In this document: positions 36,776-49,955 of the stretch, one piece after another
Position numbering within the stretch: the stretch's first letter is position 1
Layout of the letters: each line of letters starts with the position of its first letter
Source: Paraphysomonas bandaiensis
Lineage: Eukaryota; Protista; Chrysophyceae
Length of the DNA: 64,000 nt
Direction of reading: 5' to 3'
NCBI GenBank assembly: GCA_965644295.1
Contig: CBFFRP010000419.1
Coordinates: 242,055-306,054 of the forward strand
Notes under the pieces: generated by a model
The model's input: the letters and a program-made list of their open reading frames with translations, nothing else
What the model was told of the DNA's origin: nothing
The model's database searches: none
Made by a program: the position numbers and the translations under genes

Positions 36776-38817
36776 ATGATGTCAAAAATGAGAGATTTCG
36801 ATTTCTACAGAAGAATCCCAAAGGATTTGACAGAGGCAACTACTCATGGGTCATTGTTATCTATATGTGCAGTCATGTTCATGCTCATTCTGTTCCTTGC
36901 TGAATTAATGGCTTTTCTTACGGTGACATATGAGACCAACGTGGTTATTGATCAGAATGTCGATCCATTACTCCGAATAAACTTTAATATTACTGTTCTG
37001 GATCTACCATGCGAATTCGCTGTAATAGATGTTGTCGATGTGCTCGGCACTCGCACTCAAAATCTTACCAAAAATGTTAATAAGTGGCAAATCGACGAAC
37101 ATGGGGTGCGTCGAAATTACGCGGGCAGGAATCGTGAGCAGGCAGATGTAATGCACGATACTCATCATCCAGATATCGACGTCCTGCATGAAAACGGCGT
37201 CCATGCATTTCCTATCAACGAAGACAATTTTGAAGGTAAATATACGTACAATACCTCGTATGTGGTGTTATGAAGCAATCTGGTGCTTCTGCTTTGTATT
37301 TTTGTTAATGGCGACTTATGACTGATTACGTAGAGTGGATCAAGGAACATCACTATACCTTTGTTAATTTCTACGCACCGTGGTGCATATGGTGCCAGCG
37401 TCTAGAACCTGTTTGGGAGGCTTTCGCTGAATATGTAGAAGCTAAAGAACTTCCTGTGAGTATTGTGAAGGTAGACTGTGTAGAGAATCGAAACCTTTGC
37501 GCGAAGAATAAAGTCCAGGCGTTTCCCATGTTACGACTATTCAAAGATGGGATTGCGCAGCCCCCGGACTATCGGTCTGACCGTACCGTAGATGCCTTTA
37601 CGGCATTTATCAAGACGAAAATAACAACGGATGACCATGTCGCTAGATTGGAACCTGCACAGCAGGAGGCTCATAAGAAAAATGAAGAAATGAGACGTGA
37701 TGACCACCCGGGTTGTATGTTGTCTGGATTCCTACTTGTCAACAGGTGAGTCACTGTATCGTTGATGTTTATTGATGTATTGAAGATTATGTACCTGATA
37801 CTGTAATATATTCTTTTTGTATGTATAGCATATACGTGTGAGAATTATTCCAATATCAACACATCATGTAGTTATAACATCTGCTTATTGTAGAGTTCCT
37901 GGAAATTTCCATATTGAAGCACGTTCTACTCAACACAATCTGAACCCTCTTTTGTCCAACATGTCTCATGTGGTAAACCATCTTTCATTCGGGCCTGTGC
38001 TGATGAAGTCTGCGTTGCGGTACGTAAGAACTCTGCTATTTATTTTCCTCATTCTGCAAATCATAAGAATATTTGTTACCTGTATGGTCGAATCTGATTC
38101 CTGTTGCACGCAGTAAAATTGAGTCTGTTCCTGATGACTATTTTTCCCTTGCATCGACCAACCCAATTAATGACAAGGCATTTATCAACTACAACCTGCA
38201 CCAGGCCTTCCATCATCATATCAAGGTAGTGTGTTTTTTCAATTGACTATGAAAACTTGTTTCTGTGTTTATTTTTCGCACTGTTTACTGTCATAGTAAT
38301 TGAAAACGTTTTCGTGTACACATTTTGATGGTACGCGCCCCTTGTGCATGCTATATGCGAACATATGATGTAAAATGTCATTGCAGGCGGTACCTACTAC
38401 GCTTGAATTCGGAGGCAAGCATTCGCGGAGAAACCCATCGAATATTCTTACTTATCAGATGGTTCAGTCTGCTCAGATAATGCAGGTACGTGCTGAATAA
38501 CTTTCCAGTAGTACAGTATACAGTCGTAATGTGCTTCAATACTGTGCCAACGTCTACGTGCCAGCGCAGTGGATATCTGTGTACTCAAAACTCAAAATAT
38601 GCATATATCTAATTGTGTTTCATAGTATGGCGAAGAAGATATTCCGGAGGCACGTTTTTCCTATGATCTTTCGCCAATGGCTGTCATGGTTGTAAAAAAA
38701 GGCAAGCAGTGGTATGAGTTCTTAACCTCGATTTGCGCTCTGATTGGTGGAACCTTTACTGTCGTCGGATTGTTGAGTGGTTTTCTCAGCACTATTTTTA
38801 AGTCCAAGAAAATTTAG
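36776..38817 (+). CDS. ERGIC_N + thioredoxin + COPII-ERV protein (PDI-C / Erv41-Erv46-like), multi-exon
   Basis: DFYRRIPKDLTEATTHG; VNFYAPWCIWCQRLEPVW; GCMLSGFLLVNRVPGNFHIEA; FSYDLSPMAV...FLTSICALIGGTFTV; C-terminal KSKKI (KxKxx). Confidence 0.92.
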
Positions 38818-38995
38818 TTTTGCGGAGCGAGTTAATGGTAGTGTTTGATAGTGGAGAAAATGTACTTGGCAATGGTTGTGCCTCATTTGAATAGCTGTGT
38901 ACTTCAACACTCCTGTAACACAAAAAAAAGTAAGATTGACAATAATCTTTAGTTATTGTTATTGTTATTTAGTCATTTTGAGGTATTGTTATTAA

Positions 38996-40163
38996 TTCCC
39001 GGATGCCTGTTTATTCGTCAAGGCCCAAAGACGTCTCCACAAGTGACACTTAAATTAGTGTCCCTTGTACCACACAAGCATTAAGCTACCTATGAGTGGA
39101 CAGAACAATACTTACTGACTATATATATCAGGGCTGCGTAACAATTAATTGCAAATGTTTTTTTGCAATTAAATTGCAATTATTAGTTATAGCTCGTGCA
39201 ATTATAATTGCAATTTAATTGTGCCAATTATTGTCTAATAAACTTAGTTACTCATTTCAAACTCGTATAGCATCTTCAACCGTATGATGATATAATTGAC
39301 AGAGTATGTCATTTACATGGTCAAATCTATAAATTCCATGTTTTCGTCTGCAAAAAACAGTAAAAAGCCCTGATAATCCATGTCCATACCGCTGCACATC
39401 CAGATCGTAGTGAACTTCAACCCTACATTGTCCTGTAAGGAATCCAGGATCGGAAGAACATGATTGCCACACTACATATAGATATATATCTTCAACTGGA
39501 GGGGTATTGAGCACTACATATACACTATGGATCGAGATGAACTAAGTTTTGTAGCTCAAAATCAAGAGGAAAACATATAATCGACCGCTCAAAAAAACAG
39601 TAAAGAAAACGTTATAATGAGAGGCCAACCTTCCCACTATTGTAATAGCCATTGTAATATAGCCATTAAGGGCAATAAATGGCCATCGTCCTTAATGTTT
39701 TTCAACTTCTAATTCTAATATTATGTATGTGCTATTATACTATATAGTTAATAATTGCCAATTAATTGCAATTTAATTGCAACCTTTCAGCTAGCAATTA
39801 AAAATTGCAATTACTAATAAGTATGATGTTCCATCATGCAATTTAATTTCATTTAATTGCAATTCAATTAATTGTTACGCAGTCCTGATATATATATATA
39901 TATATATTATTATAATAATATATATGCGGCTCATGTTAGTTTGCCGGAGAAATATCTCCGCCGGTACTGATATTCCAGAACCCATAACACCATGAACCAT
40001 GAACCATGAAAAGGTACGAGTCCAACTTTGTCGAGAGAAGTCTTTAAGGTAACAGCCCGGATGCTTGATTTCAGTAGGCAGCCCAATATCCCTGTTGCCC
40101 TTGAGGTGGGCCCATTCCCGGATGCCTGAATATTCGTCAGGGTCCAAAGACGTCTCCACAAGT
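38996..40163 (-). repeat. Head-to-tail, permuted copies of the short repeat family, interrupted by MITE B
   Basis: 38996-39120 and 39925-40163 match the reverse complement of 17670-17990. The gacgtctccacaagtg segment occurs twice. Confidence 0.8.
39129..39887. mobile_element. MITE family B (hAT-like)
   Basis: 23-bp TIR cagggctgcgtaacaattaattg / caattaattgttacgcagtcctg (1 mismatch). 8-bp TSD atatatat. AATTGC-rich subterminal repeats. Confidence 0.85.
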
Positions 40164-43100
40164 GTAAGCCAGAGAAAGAGACCACACGGTACTCCTCGCA
40201 GGTGACTTTAACGGCTCCATGGAAACGCACACCACGAGCAGAGACATACGACCACTCGCCGAAAAACTACAGCTGTCAGCGCCGCTGATTAAGCATCTCC
40301 TTCCACAGCAAAATTTTCACACGTTTCACAGACTGGACAAGGGAATCTCACGTATTGACCACAAACTGCATACGCCTCTTCCACATATATTAACATGGGG
40401 GTCACGGACACCGGATTTCTCAACTCACCCGCCTTAATTGCAGCAGCTTTTGATCACAGGTCGATATGATGGGTTGGCTTTACATTAATGTAACTCCAGA
40501 CCCCTACCAGCCTGAGTCACACCTAAAAATACCTCCTCGTCTCAACATCAACCCCCGGGACACTGAAGAAGTGAAAGCATATACACTACCAAGCTTCTCC
40601 TGTTACACGCCCAACTGCCTCCCCTAGATGACGACCCCACCACAACTCTTGACCCAGCCAGAGACTGCAGCCACTCGGCTGGCGGCGATTCACCACATCA
40701 CCCTGCAAGCATCCTTATCGCTGTCAGCAAAGGGTCACCGATACACTCGCCGTACAAAGCTCCATGAAAGGTGTCAGAGGCGACGATCCCACTTCAAAGA
40801 TGGCTTCTCCCCGGAGATGAGAGTAATTCAAGAAGGAATGTTGATGGTACTGAATATAGTTCAGATGATGTTTAACTCCGCGGGCTACAAACGACACGGA
40901 TGGCGTGGTGCTCCAATTCGTTCCCCAATCTGTGCGCTCATCAACGCTTGGCAGGAGCGTGGGAACTCCTACCTTCAACAATCCCCAGGTTCCACCAAAG
41001 GAATAGCGGACATCATCTTTAGAAACGATCATCGTACTGCGGACCCCAGAGCGATCCTGAGCTGGTGGACAGCTAAACAGGTCACCAAAAAGAACCTCCT
41101 ACACCTTGCCATACGGATGCGGGGACTCCTACACGGACGAACCAGGACCGAGATGCGCAAGCGGCTCACGGATCGAACTAACCAGATGGAAACACTGCTA
41201 CAACAGAGGAGATTACAAGTAATACTACAGAAAATCGGACTAAAAATTAAACAACCACTACGACTTACGACGGTGAGAACTACTGCTGGGATCCTTCTTA
41301 CCTCACCACTAGAGATCCACGAAGGAATCAACGAACACTTCCGAGCCCATCACGCGGAACCAGAGGGACTAGTAGACCCAATCGCACAAAGAATTCAAGA
41401 TGACCCCAAAACTGGTGGAAAAAACCCTCCTCGACCCCCAGTCGGCGACATCCCAGGAACCCCTCCATCCATGCTCGCACATACCCCTTCCCCTCCAACA
41501 TGGACTCCGACGGGCACTCTGTAATAAAGTCAAACCAGACACGGCGGACCTTCTCAATGCGGCGCTAGAGAAGGACATCACACACGATGAATTCCTCTCC
41601 ACCCTCCGCTCCATCTCATATAACCGGGCTCCGGGACCCTCAATGGTTTCATCAAACATGGTCAAATCCTGGCCCCCTGACATACAACATGAAGCATTTA
41701 CCCTTATCAGGTCGCTCTGGAAGCACAAACACGTGCCCACTTGGTGGAGAGATAGAGTCATGTCACCCATACTTAAGAAACCAGGAGAACCCTCACTCTC
41801 CAACCTTAGACCAATTGGACTGCTGGAAATATCGGGGAAAATCCCACAGGATACTCACAGTCTGGGAGGAACAGAAGGTTCTACACCCATCCCAACATGG
41901 ATATCGCTGGAGAAATGATGGTACTGACACGGCCATCTTACGGGTACTTGCAGCCTCCGAGTCAGCCAGACGGAACAATGCACAACACATATGTACACTC
42001 TGGGACTTCAAAAAGGCCTTCGATTCCATTACACCCAACCTCATGAAACTAGCATGGGCAAGGCTAGGGGTTCCCGAGGCGGTGGTTTAGCAATTTAGAC
42101 GCCGGTGTCTCACATTCCCATGGACTCTGTTCATGGCGAATAACATTGAACCACGCTCTCTCTGGCAGAACTTCTAGCTGCTGACGGACACTTCATCATG
42201 TGCCTGGGTAGCGCTACACGATATACTTCTCACATGGCTTGACATAGATCTTAGAGAGCAATCTGTCTCACACCAGCACCACTGCTCACCCAGACCCCAA
42301 CCTGAGGAAAAAGTCTCTTTCGCGGATGACATCACCACAAGAGCACAGGACACGGCGGTACGAATGTCAGTGTTCTGCACCTTCTCGGATATGGAACTCT
42401 CTGTGCCCAAAGTAATTTGCACTGAGTTCCCGAGACTACAGGAACCGCTCCCTCTGGCTAAACACCCCAATCACATCACCTTATATGACTGGAAATGGAA
42501 ACCTCAAGCTGTACCAATTCAAACGATTCATGCGTCGATACACTATCTGGGAGCTGATCTACCCCTAACACCCACCGACATGGACTACTATAACTGGTGT
42601 ACACAATACCTGAAGGCAGCAGGCACTCACCTCGGAATCAAGCAGGCCTCAACTGGTTGCAAAGTCATGGTTATCGAAACCCAAATCATACCCACACTAC
42701 TGTACAAGGCTACCAAAGCCTCTTGGCCTCTACAATGGTACAAGGACATTGACTCCACCTGCGCACATCTCTACAGGAAAGCGCTAAGCCTAGGTCCTGG
42801 ATACCCCACGGAACTCATCTATCTATCCCTCAAGCATATAATGGACTAGGAATGAAACGCTTCTCAGATTCTGCTCAAGAACAAAAATGGGGCTCCCTAC
42901 AACGTGCTCTAACACTCGGAGGGGATGCAGGTGACGCAGCGCATTTCCTCCTTACACAGACAATTGCTCTGCACCCAAACTACCACCACTTTGCCTTAAG
43001 TTTAAGGGAATGGCATCACACTCCAACGACCTTTACCCCCTGAACCTGAAGATGCCCACACAATGACCAACATTATACGCACATTAAAATTTGATGATGC

Positions 43101-44840
43101 CGACTCTGATACCTACAAAGCAATCTTTACAGACGGGTCATACACGCCTGCAGCCCTCTCCCCGCGCCGCATCACATCTGTGCCCTCACGTCTAAGATGG
43201 GCACATCATGGAGGAGCGGCGGTTGTCTGGCTACCCCCGGAGAGGACGAATGGCAGACCGGCACTACAAAAATCCTGCGCTTAGAGACACCCTTCAGCGA
43301 TGTACCTGGACTTGGACCGTATGCGTACGAGCTTATGGGCTCTGCAATGGCACTTATACTATATCGGCGGAGATCCATGCACATGTGCCGATTAACACAG
43401 ACTGTAAAGCCGTCTGCATCCGCACGGAAGAGGCACTTTCCACCAGACGGCGAGCCCTAGGCCATCGTGCCAAGGGAGTCCTGCTCGAAAGTATCGCAGC
43501 AACCACAGATTGCACTAGGTTCGATCACACCCGGAAAGACGCACCTCCGACGAATCTGAATTGACATATGAGACAAATGTATATACCTTGCAGACGCAAT
43601 AGCTGGAGAAGACTGGCTTGAGGTTGATCGTCTACTGGGAAGACAAAACTACACTGTTTGTAACATCGAGCGAATACTTACCGCGGGCTTTATGGCACTG
43701 GCGCATTTTTGGGGAACGACGGCCATTTCGTACGAGCCCCCTGCTGGAGTTCTACACTGCATACAGATATCAACACTGTGGGGCACTACTCCCGCGCAAA
43801 CTGGCGCAAGCAGGTGGTGACATGGGACAAATCCTTCAGTATATAGGACGAAACCGGGCCAAAACTAAACACGGACTAGACCTGACCAAAGCCGTCTGTT
43901 CTGACTGCAGATTTAGATTGGACTCCCTCAAGCACATGTGCCTAGACTGCACATATGACGCCATCACCCATATAAGGGAATCAGCATTTCCCAATCACAA
44001 AAACGCGCTTCAAGAGGTACTGAGAAATTTGGTTTTACCCCATTGGACCACAAATGTGCTAAAGAGACACTCCAACTGGGCCTGGAACCCTTCCGTGCCA
44101 CAGGTGGAAAGACTCTGGACAGGTACCATCACCAATGCACAACTAGAGACGATTTTTGGAGATCACATCCATCAGCCCTTGACAACCCAAGGTCTGCGCA
44201 ATCTCGAAACAGCGGTCATCAGCTTGCTTCAACCGCTTTTCGACTCCACTAAACGAATGATTTAGGACCGAAGTCGACGATACAATGTACATTACCTCAC
44301 ACAAAGGACCCCCTAGTTTACTCCCGCGACCGCGCCCGAAACACAAACGCCCAAGGGTGCTACGATTACTAGGAGTCCAAAGACGACCAGAGACTGGACT
44401 ACCATCTACTGCAACCACATCATGCACTACCTCACATGCATGCTGGAATAAAGCACCGGACTGCTTGAAAACATCTGGTCCTCGACAAAGACGCCGTCTC
44501 CGGCAACTACACCTATGCCTGATGCCCAAGCGATGCACGGAAATAACGACACCCTCCACCACTCCACTCCCCTCACAGAACACCCATCTAGTACTTGGTA
44601 CACTTCGGACATTAATGCTAAACTCTGTACCACAGAGCCTGGTAGAGCCGTATCCTAAGGGAAGACCCCCAGACATCACGCGCCAGTTAGTCAAAGTCGC
44701 ACAAGCAGGGCGAAAATTACAAACAAAATTTAAAACGGAAGTGGTTGCACCTTGGTGTTTGCGGCGACGCACAAGCAGCTTCTGTAGCGTTAAATAGTAG
44801 GATAATGGAATTTGTGCTGATTAGTTATGGGTAGAGGTCT
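40164..44840 (+). mobile_element. Decayed non-LTR retrotransposon (LINE): RT + RNase H + CCHC finger, frameshifted, 5'-truncated
   Basis: RAPGPS, ILKKPG..LSNLRPIGLLEI, QHGYR, LWDFKKAFDSI, FADD, HYLG; RNase H-like IFTDGS..YAYEL..INTDCK; CSDC-x8-H-x4-C; end PKGRPPD; structured tail 44735-44840. Confidence 0.9.
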
Positions 44841-45268
44841 ATTGTAATAGCCATTGTAATATAGCCACTAAGGGCAATAAATGGCCATCGTCCTTTCAAC
44901 TGCTCTTATACTATATAGTTAATAATTGCCAATTAATTGCAATTTAATTGCAACCTTTCAGCTAGCAATTATAATTGCAATTACTAATAAGTATGACGTT
45001 CCATCATACAATTTAATTTCAATTAATTGTTACGCAGTGTTAGTTTGCCGGAGAAATATCTCCGCCGGTACTGATATTCCAGAACCCATAACACCATGAA
45101 CCATGAACCATGAAAAGGTACGAGTCCAACTTTGTCGAGAGAAGTCTTTAAGGTAACAGCCCGGATGCTTGATTTCAGTAGGCAGCCCAATATCCCTGTT
45201 GCCCTTGAGGTGGGCCCATTCCCGGATGCCTGATTATTCGTCAGGGCCCAAAGACGTCTACACAAGTG
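44839..45268. repeat. Direct copy (with deletions) of 39637-40163
   Basis: Same MITE-B right half and same repeat-head variant (catgaac triplication). Confidence 0.9.
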
Positions 45269-45349
45269 ACACTTAAATTAGTGTACCTTGTACCACACAA
45301 GCATTATAAGCTACCTACGAGTGGGCAGAACAATACTTACTGACACGAG

Positions 45350-45935
45350 CTGACGAATATTCAGGCATCCGGGAATGGGCCCACCTCAAGGGCAACAGGG
45401 ATATTGGGCTGCCTACTGAAATCAAGCATCCGGGCTGTTACCTTAAAGACTTCTCTCGACAAAGTTGGACTCGTACCTTTTCATGGTTCATGGTTCATGG
45501 TGTTCTGGTTTCTGGGATATCAGTACCGGCGGAGATATTTCTCCAGCAAACTAACACGAGCTGCATAATATTATAATAATATACATATATATATATATCA
45601 GGACTGCGTAACAATTAATTGAATTGCAATTAAATGAAATTAAATTGCATGATGGAACATCATACTTAGTCAGTAGATATTGTTCTGCCCACTCATAGGT
45701 AACTTATTAATGCTTGTGGAGACGTCTTTGGGCCTTGACGAATAAACAGGCATCCGGGAATGAGCCCACCTCAAGGGAATTCGAGGTAATGGGCTGCCTG
45801 CTGAAGTCAAGCATCCGGGTAGTTCACCTTAAGGTTTAAGAACAGGGAGCGAGAGTGGTCGCACCTTGGTGCTTGCGGTGACGCACAAGCAGCTTTCGTA
45901 GTGCCAAATAGTGGGATATCAGATTTAAGCACTAG
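45350..45935 (+). repeat. Inverted copy of 38996-40140 (internally deleted), continuing into the repeat tail
   Basis: 45350-45570 is the reverse complement of 45040-45243. 45599-45670 is the reverse complement of the MITE-B right end. 45670-45760 is the reverse complement of 38996-39120. Confidence 0.85.
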
Positions 45936-46140
45936 TTAATAATTAAATTGCTTTGCTACATTAGTTCTGACACTTACACGCCTATTACTAATATTGAAAG
46001 TCTTATTATTAGCAATATAGATACAACCACTCATCGCATGGCTCGTGCGGGTAGGCACTCGATAACGGTTCACTTGTTCATTCGCTAACACCCATGTTCT
46101 CCATCGGCCCCGCTACCTTCTTGTAAGACAGGACCATTTC

Positions 46141-47437
46141 TTGACGACCGCACAAACCAACCCAGCATGGTTAGTCTGTGCGTCTATGCACCAAGCAGAG
46201 CACCCCCTCACCCTGTTTGCCTATCATCCCCACAGCCCACACATCTCATTGGATGGACACAGTATTCCGCATACGGTATACCCGACTACTGTACTACTGT
46301 GTCCTACAGGATGTATACCATTCCAATACGGTGCAAATATACTGCAGTACACCACACAGCTCACTCCGTCCCATGTACCTGTCCATGTACCTGTATACCT
46401 GTACTGTTGGACACATCACCATGTACATGTACCTGTATACCTGTACTGTTGGACACATCACCGGCTCTCTCTCTGTCTGTCCAACACACTCATAGCACCG
46501 CTGCACTGTCATACACACGCACCTTACACTCTACCTCCTCCTCGAGAACCTCCAGACAAACCATCTCCCCTCCCTCCGTCTCTGACACCTTGCCGTCATC
46601 TTCCTTCCACACACACTCTATGCCTCAGCCTGTACCCCCCTGCACCAACACAGACACTAACAAGGGCAGCTGAGGACGTCCGAGTGTCTCCTCCAGACCA
46701 TCATCATCATCATCTCGTGCATAGGGCTATCAGAGTACCCGACCTTGGTAGACCTAGTTCTGTTGCGCAGTCCCAATCTCCTCAATCAGATGTTGCCTCT
46801 TTTGTACCGTCACACTCCCTCTCGACTCCCTGTTGCTGGATGACCCTCATATCCCACTCCTGTCCAGCTATACACTCTCTACCGCTGGCTAAGACAGCAA
46901 AAGAGTCGATTTCGACGCTTCTTCACAGTAGGCCATAACCTTCATCCACATACCTCTGAGCCACTTGGTACAATGCCTAAAGGAAGGCCACCAGATCGCC
47001 AATATAAGCAGGGTATAGTACTGTGTTCCCCTGGTTGCCGTGAGGTACATAAGGCAGTCCCCGATGCAAATTGCACACAATGTATGTGTAGTCTTAAGCG
47101 CTCCAGTGTTGTAGTAGTAGACTTAGATCACTGCTTTCACTTGTCATGCTGTACGTTGCACAACGTGTCCCCTACATACACATCTATCATATAGCGCCGG
47201 TGAGTCCTAGGACACACGACAATGGCGAAACTCGCAATCAACATCAAGAACGGAAGTGGTCGCACCTCGGTGCTTGCGGCGACGCACAAGCAGCTTCTGT
47301 AGCGTTAAATAGTAGGATAATGGAATTTGTGCTGATTAGTTATGGGTAGAGGTCTAACTAGTATGTCTAGCATTCAACTAGCCACTATATTGGCACAGGT
47401 TTTTAACGCCTATTGCTAAATAAAAAGACTTTCAATA
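46141..47437 (+). mobile_element. Divergent LINE-like 3' relic (Pro/His/Thr-rich, PKGRPPD at 46976-46996) followed by the shared tail (47250-47437)
   Basis: Motif and tail match 44654-44840. Internal tandem duplication at ~46369-46462. Confidence 0.6.
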
Positions 47438-47670
47438 CAGAAGAATATCTGCTGACTATGTTTGCGGCTCACGTTAGTTTCCCAGAGAGAATCTCACCGG
47501 TACTTATCCCCTAGAACACCACGAAAACGTGCGAGTCCGACTTTGTTGAGGGTTTCCAACTTTCTACCGTCAACAAAGTCGGACTCGCACGTTTTCGTGG
47601 TGTTCCGGGTGATAAGAAGTACCGAAGATATTGTGCGAGTCCGACTTTGTTGAAGGCGCCTATTGCTAAA
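47438..47670. repeat. Foldback cluster of repeat heads (-,+,-)
   Basis: 47438-47553 minus-strand head; 47570-47625 plus-strand head; 47633-47652 minus-strand piece. All share a private variant of the head. Confidence 0.8.
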
Positions 47671-48689
47671 TCAGACATTACTGTATTAAATTAATGTGCA
47701 ATGTTGTATTAGTACTGAAAATGTTGTAAACGATGATGGCAACTGCTAGATAATTTTCAATTTAATAATAATATGTTATTTACCGTCTTCTTCTTTAACT
47801 GAGAATTGTCTGTATACATCAGTGATATAACTAAAATAAAATTTCAAATCATGCACAAAACAAAAATATTGGATTTAGCGTATAGACTACGCATAATAGA
47901 GGTTAAAAATAGAAATAAAATCACAATAGTTGCTATTAAAATCATAATATCTAGCTTTACATGCTGCCTCGGCAACTGGTGTTTTCCAAGATCATCGTTA
48001 AAGGTGACTCCAATGCCAGTAGTACAACGAAGGATCCCAACTACCCTGATTGGTATATACACTCTCTTCAACATGAATAGTATGATACATCTGTTCACCG
48101 TAAAACGGATTATCAGTGCACATATATACAATATACAGCATCAACGTCCATAATGTATGTAGTCGTGTAGTAGTGATTGCTCATATTTCTGAAATCTCAC
48201 TACTTGTAGCAACGATATAGAATCTTGAGTACTATCATTCCGTGGGGCTATACGGCTATACTGTCGCAACAATCCCCCAACTCAGAATTGTTGACTTTGA
48301 AAGTTGCTTCCATGAAAGAGAAAGAGTTTTCAACAAATGACTTTTAGCAGGAAACTCACCATATAGTAGTTTGTCAGTTCTCCTGACTCAGACAGGATGT
48401 AAATTATTTTTATACATCTGCAGGGCTACGCCATATATACTCTCCCCGCCTACATCTTTGACGATTTGTGTCATGTAATTGTTATCACCAACAGAGACTT
48501 TATATATTGACTTTTTATACCAAAAGAGATGGGTAATCTAAAACATCAATTCAAGATAAATTGCAACAGTGACCACTCCTCTCTAAACGCATTAGCTAGC
48601 TTCAGATAGGTTGAATGAGTTTAGTGACAATGAGTATGAAGGGTCAAATAGGGCACTTTTTTGTGCAATATATATGCATCGAAAGCACG

Positions 48690-49138
48690 ACAGGCACTGC
48701 GCATCTGCAAAGCACTCAAAAGTGAAACAGCCACATGTTGACACATGCATCTGCTTTTCACACCACCGAGAAATAATCGCTGACCTCTTACTCCAACTAT
48801 ATAATGATGGCATATACATGCTCACAAATAAAGGTCAACGACATACCACCACCAGTGACACCCCCTTGATGTATCAGCACTATCAAACATCCCATTCAGA
48901 TGGCAGAGAGCCCCACGCACAGCACCCAATCCGATCATCCTACATCTGCTTCAAGTCATATATACCCCAACACACCCCTCCATTATCAGAACACGACCAC
49001 GGCCACAGTCCACAATTACTACTAAGCACCAGACCCCAAGTACAGACACATCTCCAACTCACGCCCCTATCAATAATACAACAGCCACAGCATCCAAAAC
49101 ACACGGAGGTGCTACCCAAAGGAAGCCCCCCTGACTAA
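48690..49138 (+). mobile_element. Divergent LINE-like ORF2 3' relic
   Basis: His/Pro/Thr-rich frame ending EVLPKGSPPD*, as in the other relics. Confidence 0.5.
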
Positions 49139-49955
49139 GTACCAAGTGTTGTACTATGTGCTTGTATCATTGTACAAACAGTTTCGGAGCGGTGAAAATT
49201 AGGGGCACTCAATCAGATGTTGGAGAACATTAACTTACTGAGATAAGACTGCATAAGTAAGACCATAGTTTAAGATAGCACTGTATATATCAACCCCAGC
49301 TAGAAAACCCTTTCTTTAGTGTAGCTCACACTGCTAAAATAATCTAGAAATGCAGACACTCGAGGACGGCAGAACGCCCAATGCGAAATATCAGATAGAA
49401 AACTATGCCTGAGACTCCATACAAGGCCAAAACTCGAGAAATGCAATTGAAGTGACTGTATAAGATATGCATAGGGCACATAGAGGTGTATGGTGTTATA
49501 TTATGCAGTGTGTTGTGTACGGCTGTAGACTAGAAGCATAATTTCCTCTTACTAACGAGTTCTGTAGAAACACCTGCTTTTTGACTTCGTACTTGTAGTG
49601 TAGACTGTGTAAAAGCAACGGGGGTATTCCGTCCGTTAATTGATCTGTAGCATCCGTAACTTTCGAACGAGTACCGTATTTTTCTCGGTATACCATAGTA
49701 GGGTGGAATACCATAGTATACCGCCGTATATACTAAACTCACTCTACTTACACGACTCCATCCACATACATGTGCATCCTTTGCAATACAATAATATACA
49801 CACACACAGCACCCCATGTACAGTTTACATCAATTTCAAATTTCCCTCCTAGCAGCTAGAAGGTAGCGAACTGCTAAGCTACATAAGTACTCTTCACCCA
49901 GTGGTTTCTGCTAGTTTTTTTATGGTAGCAGCTTGAGGAAGGAGTCAGTCAGAGA

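Noticed and set aside
47700-48600. Possible Tc1/mariner remnant (PYSP in a minus frame)
   Set aside because: Four-residue match amid stops, with no TIRs or DDE context.
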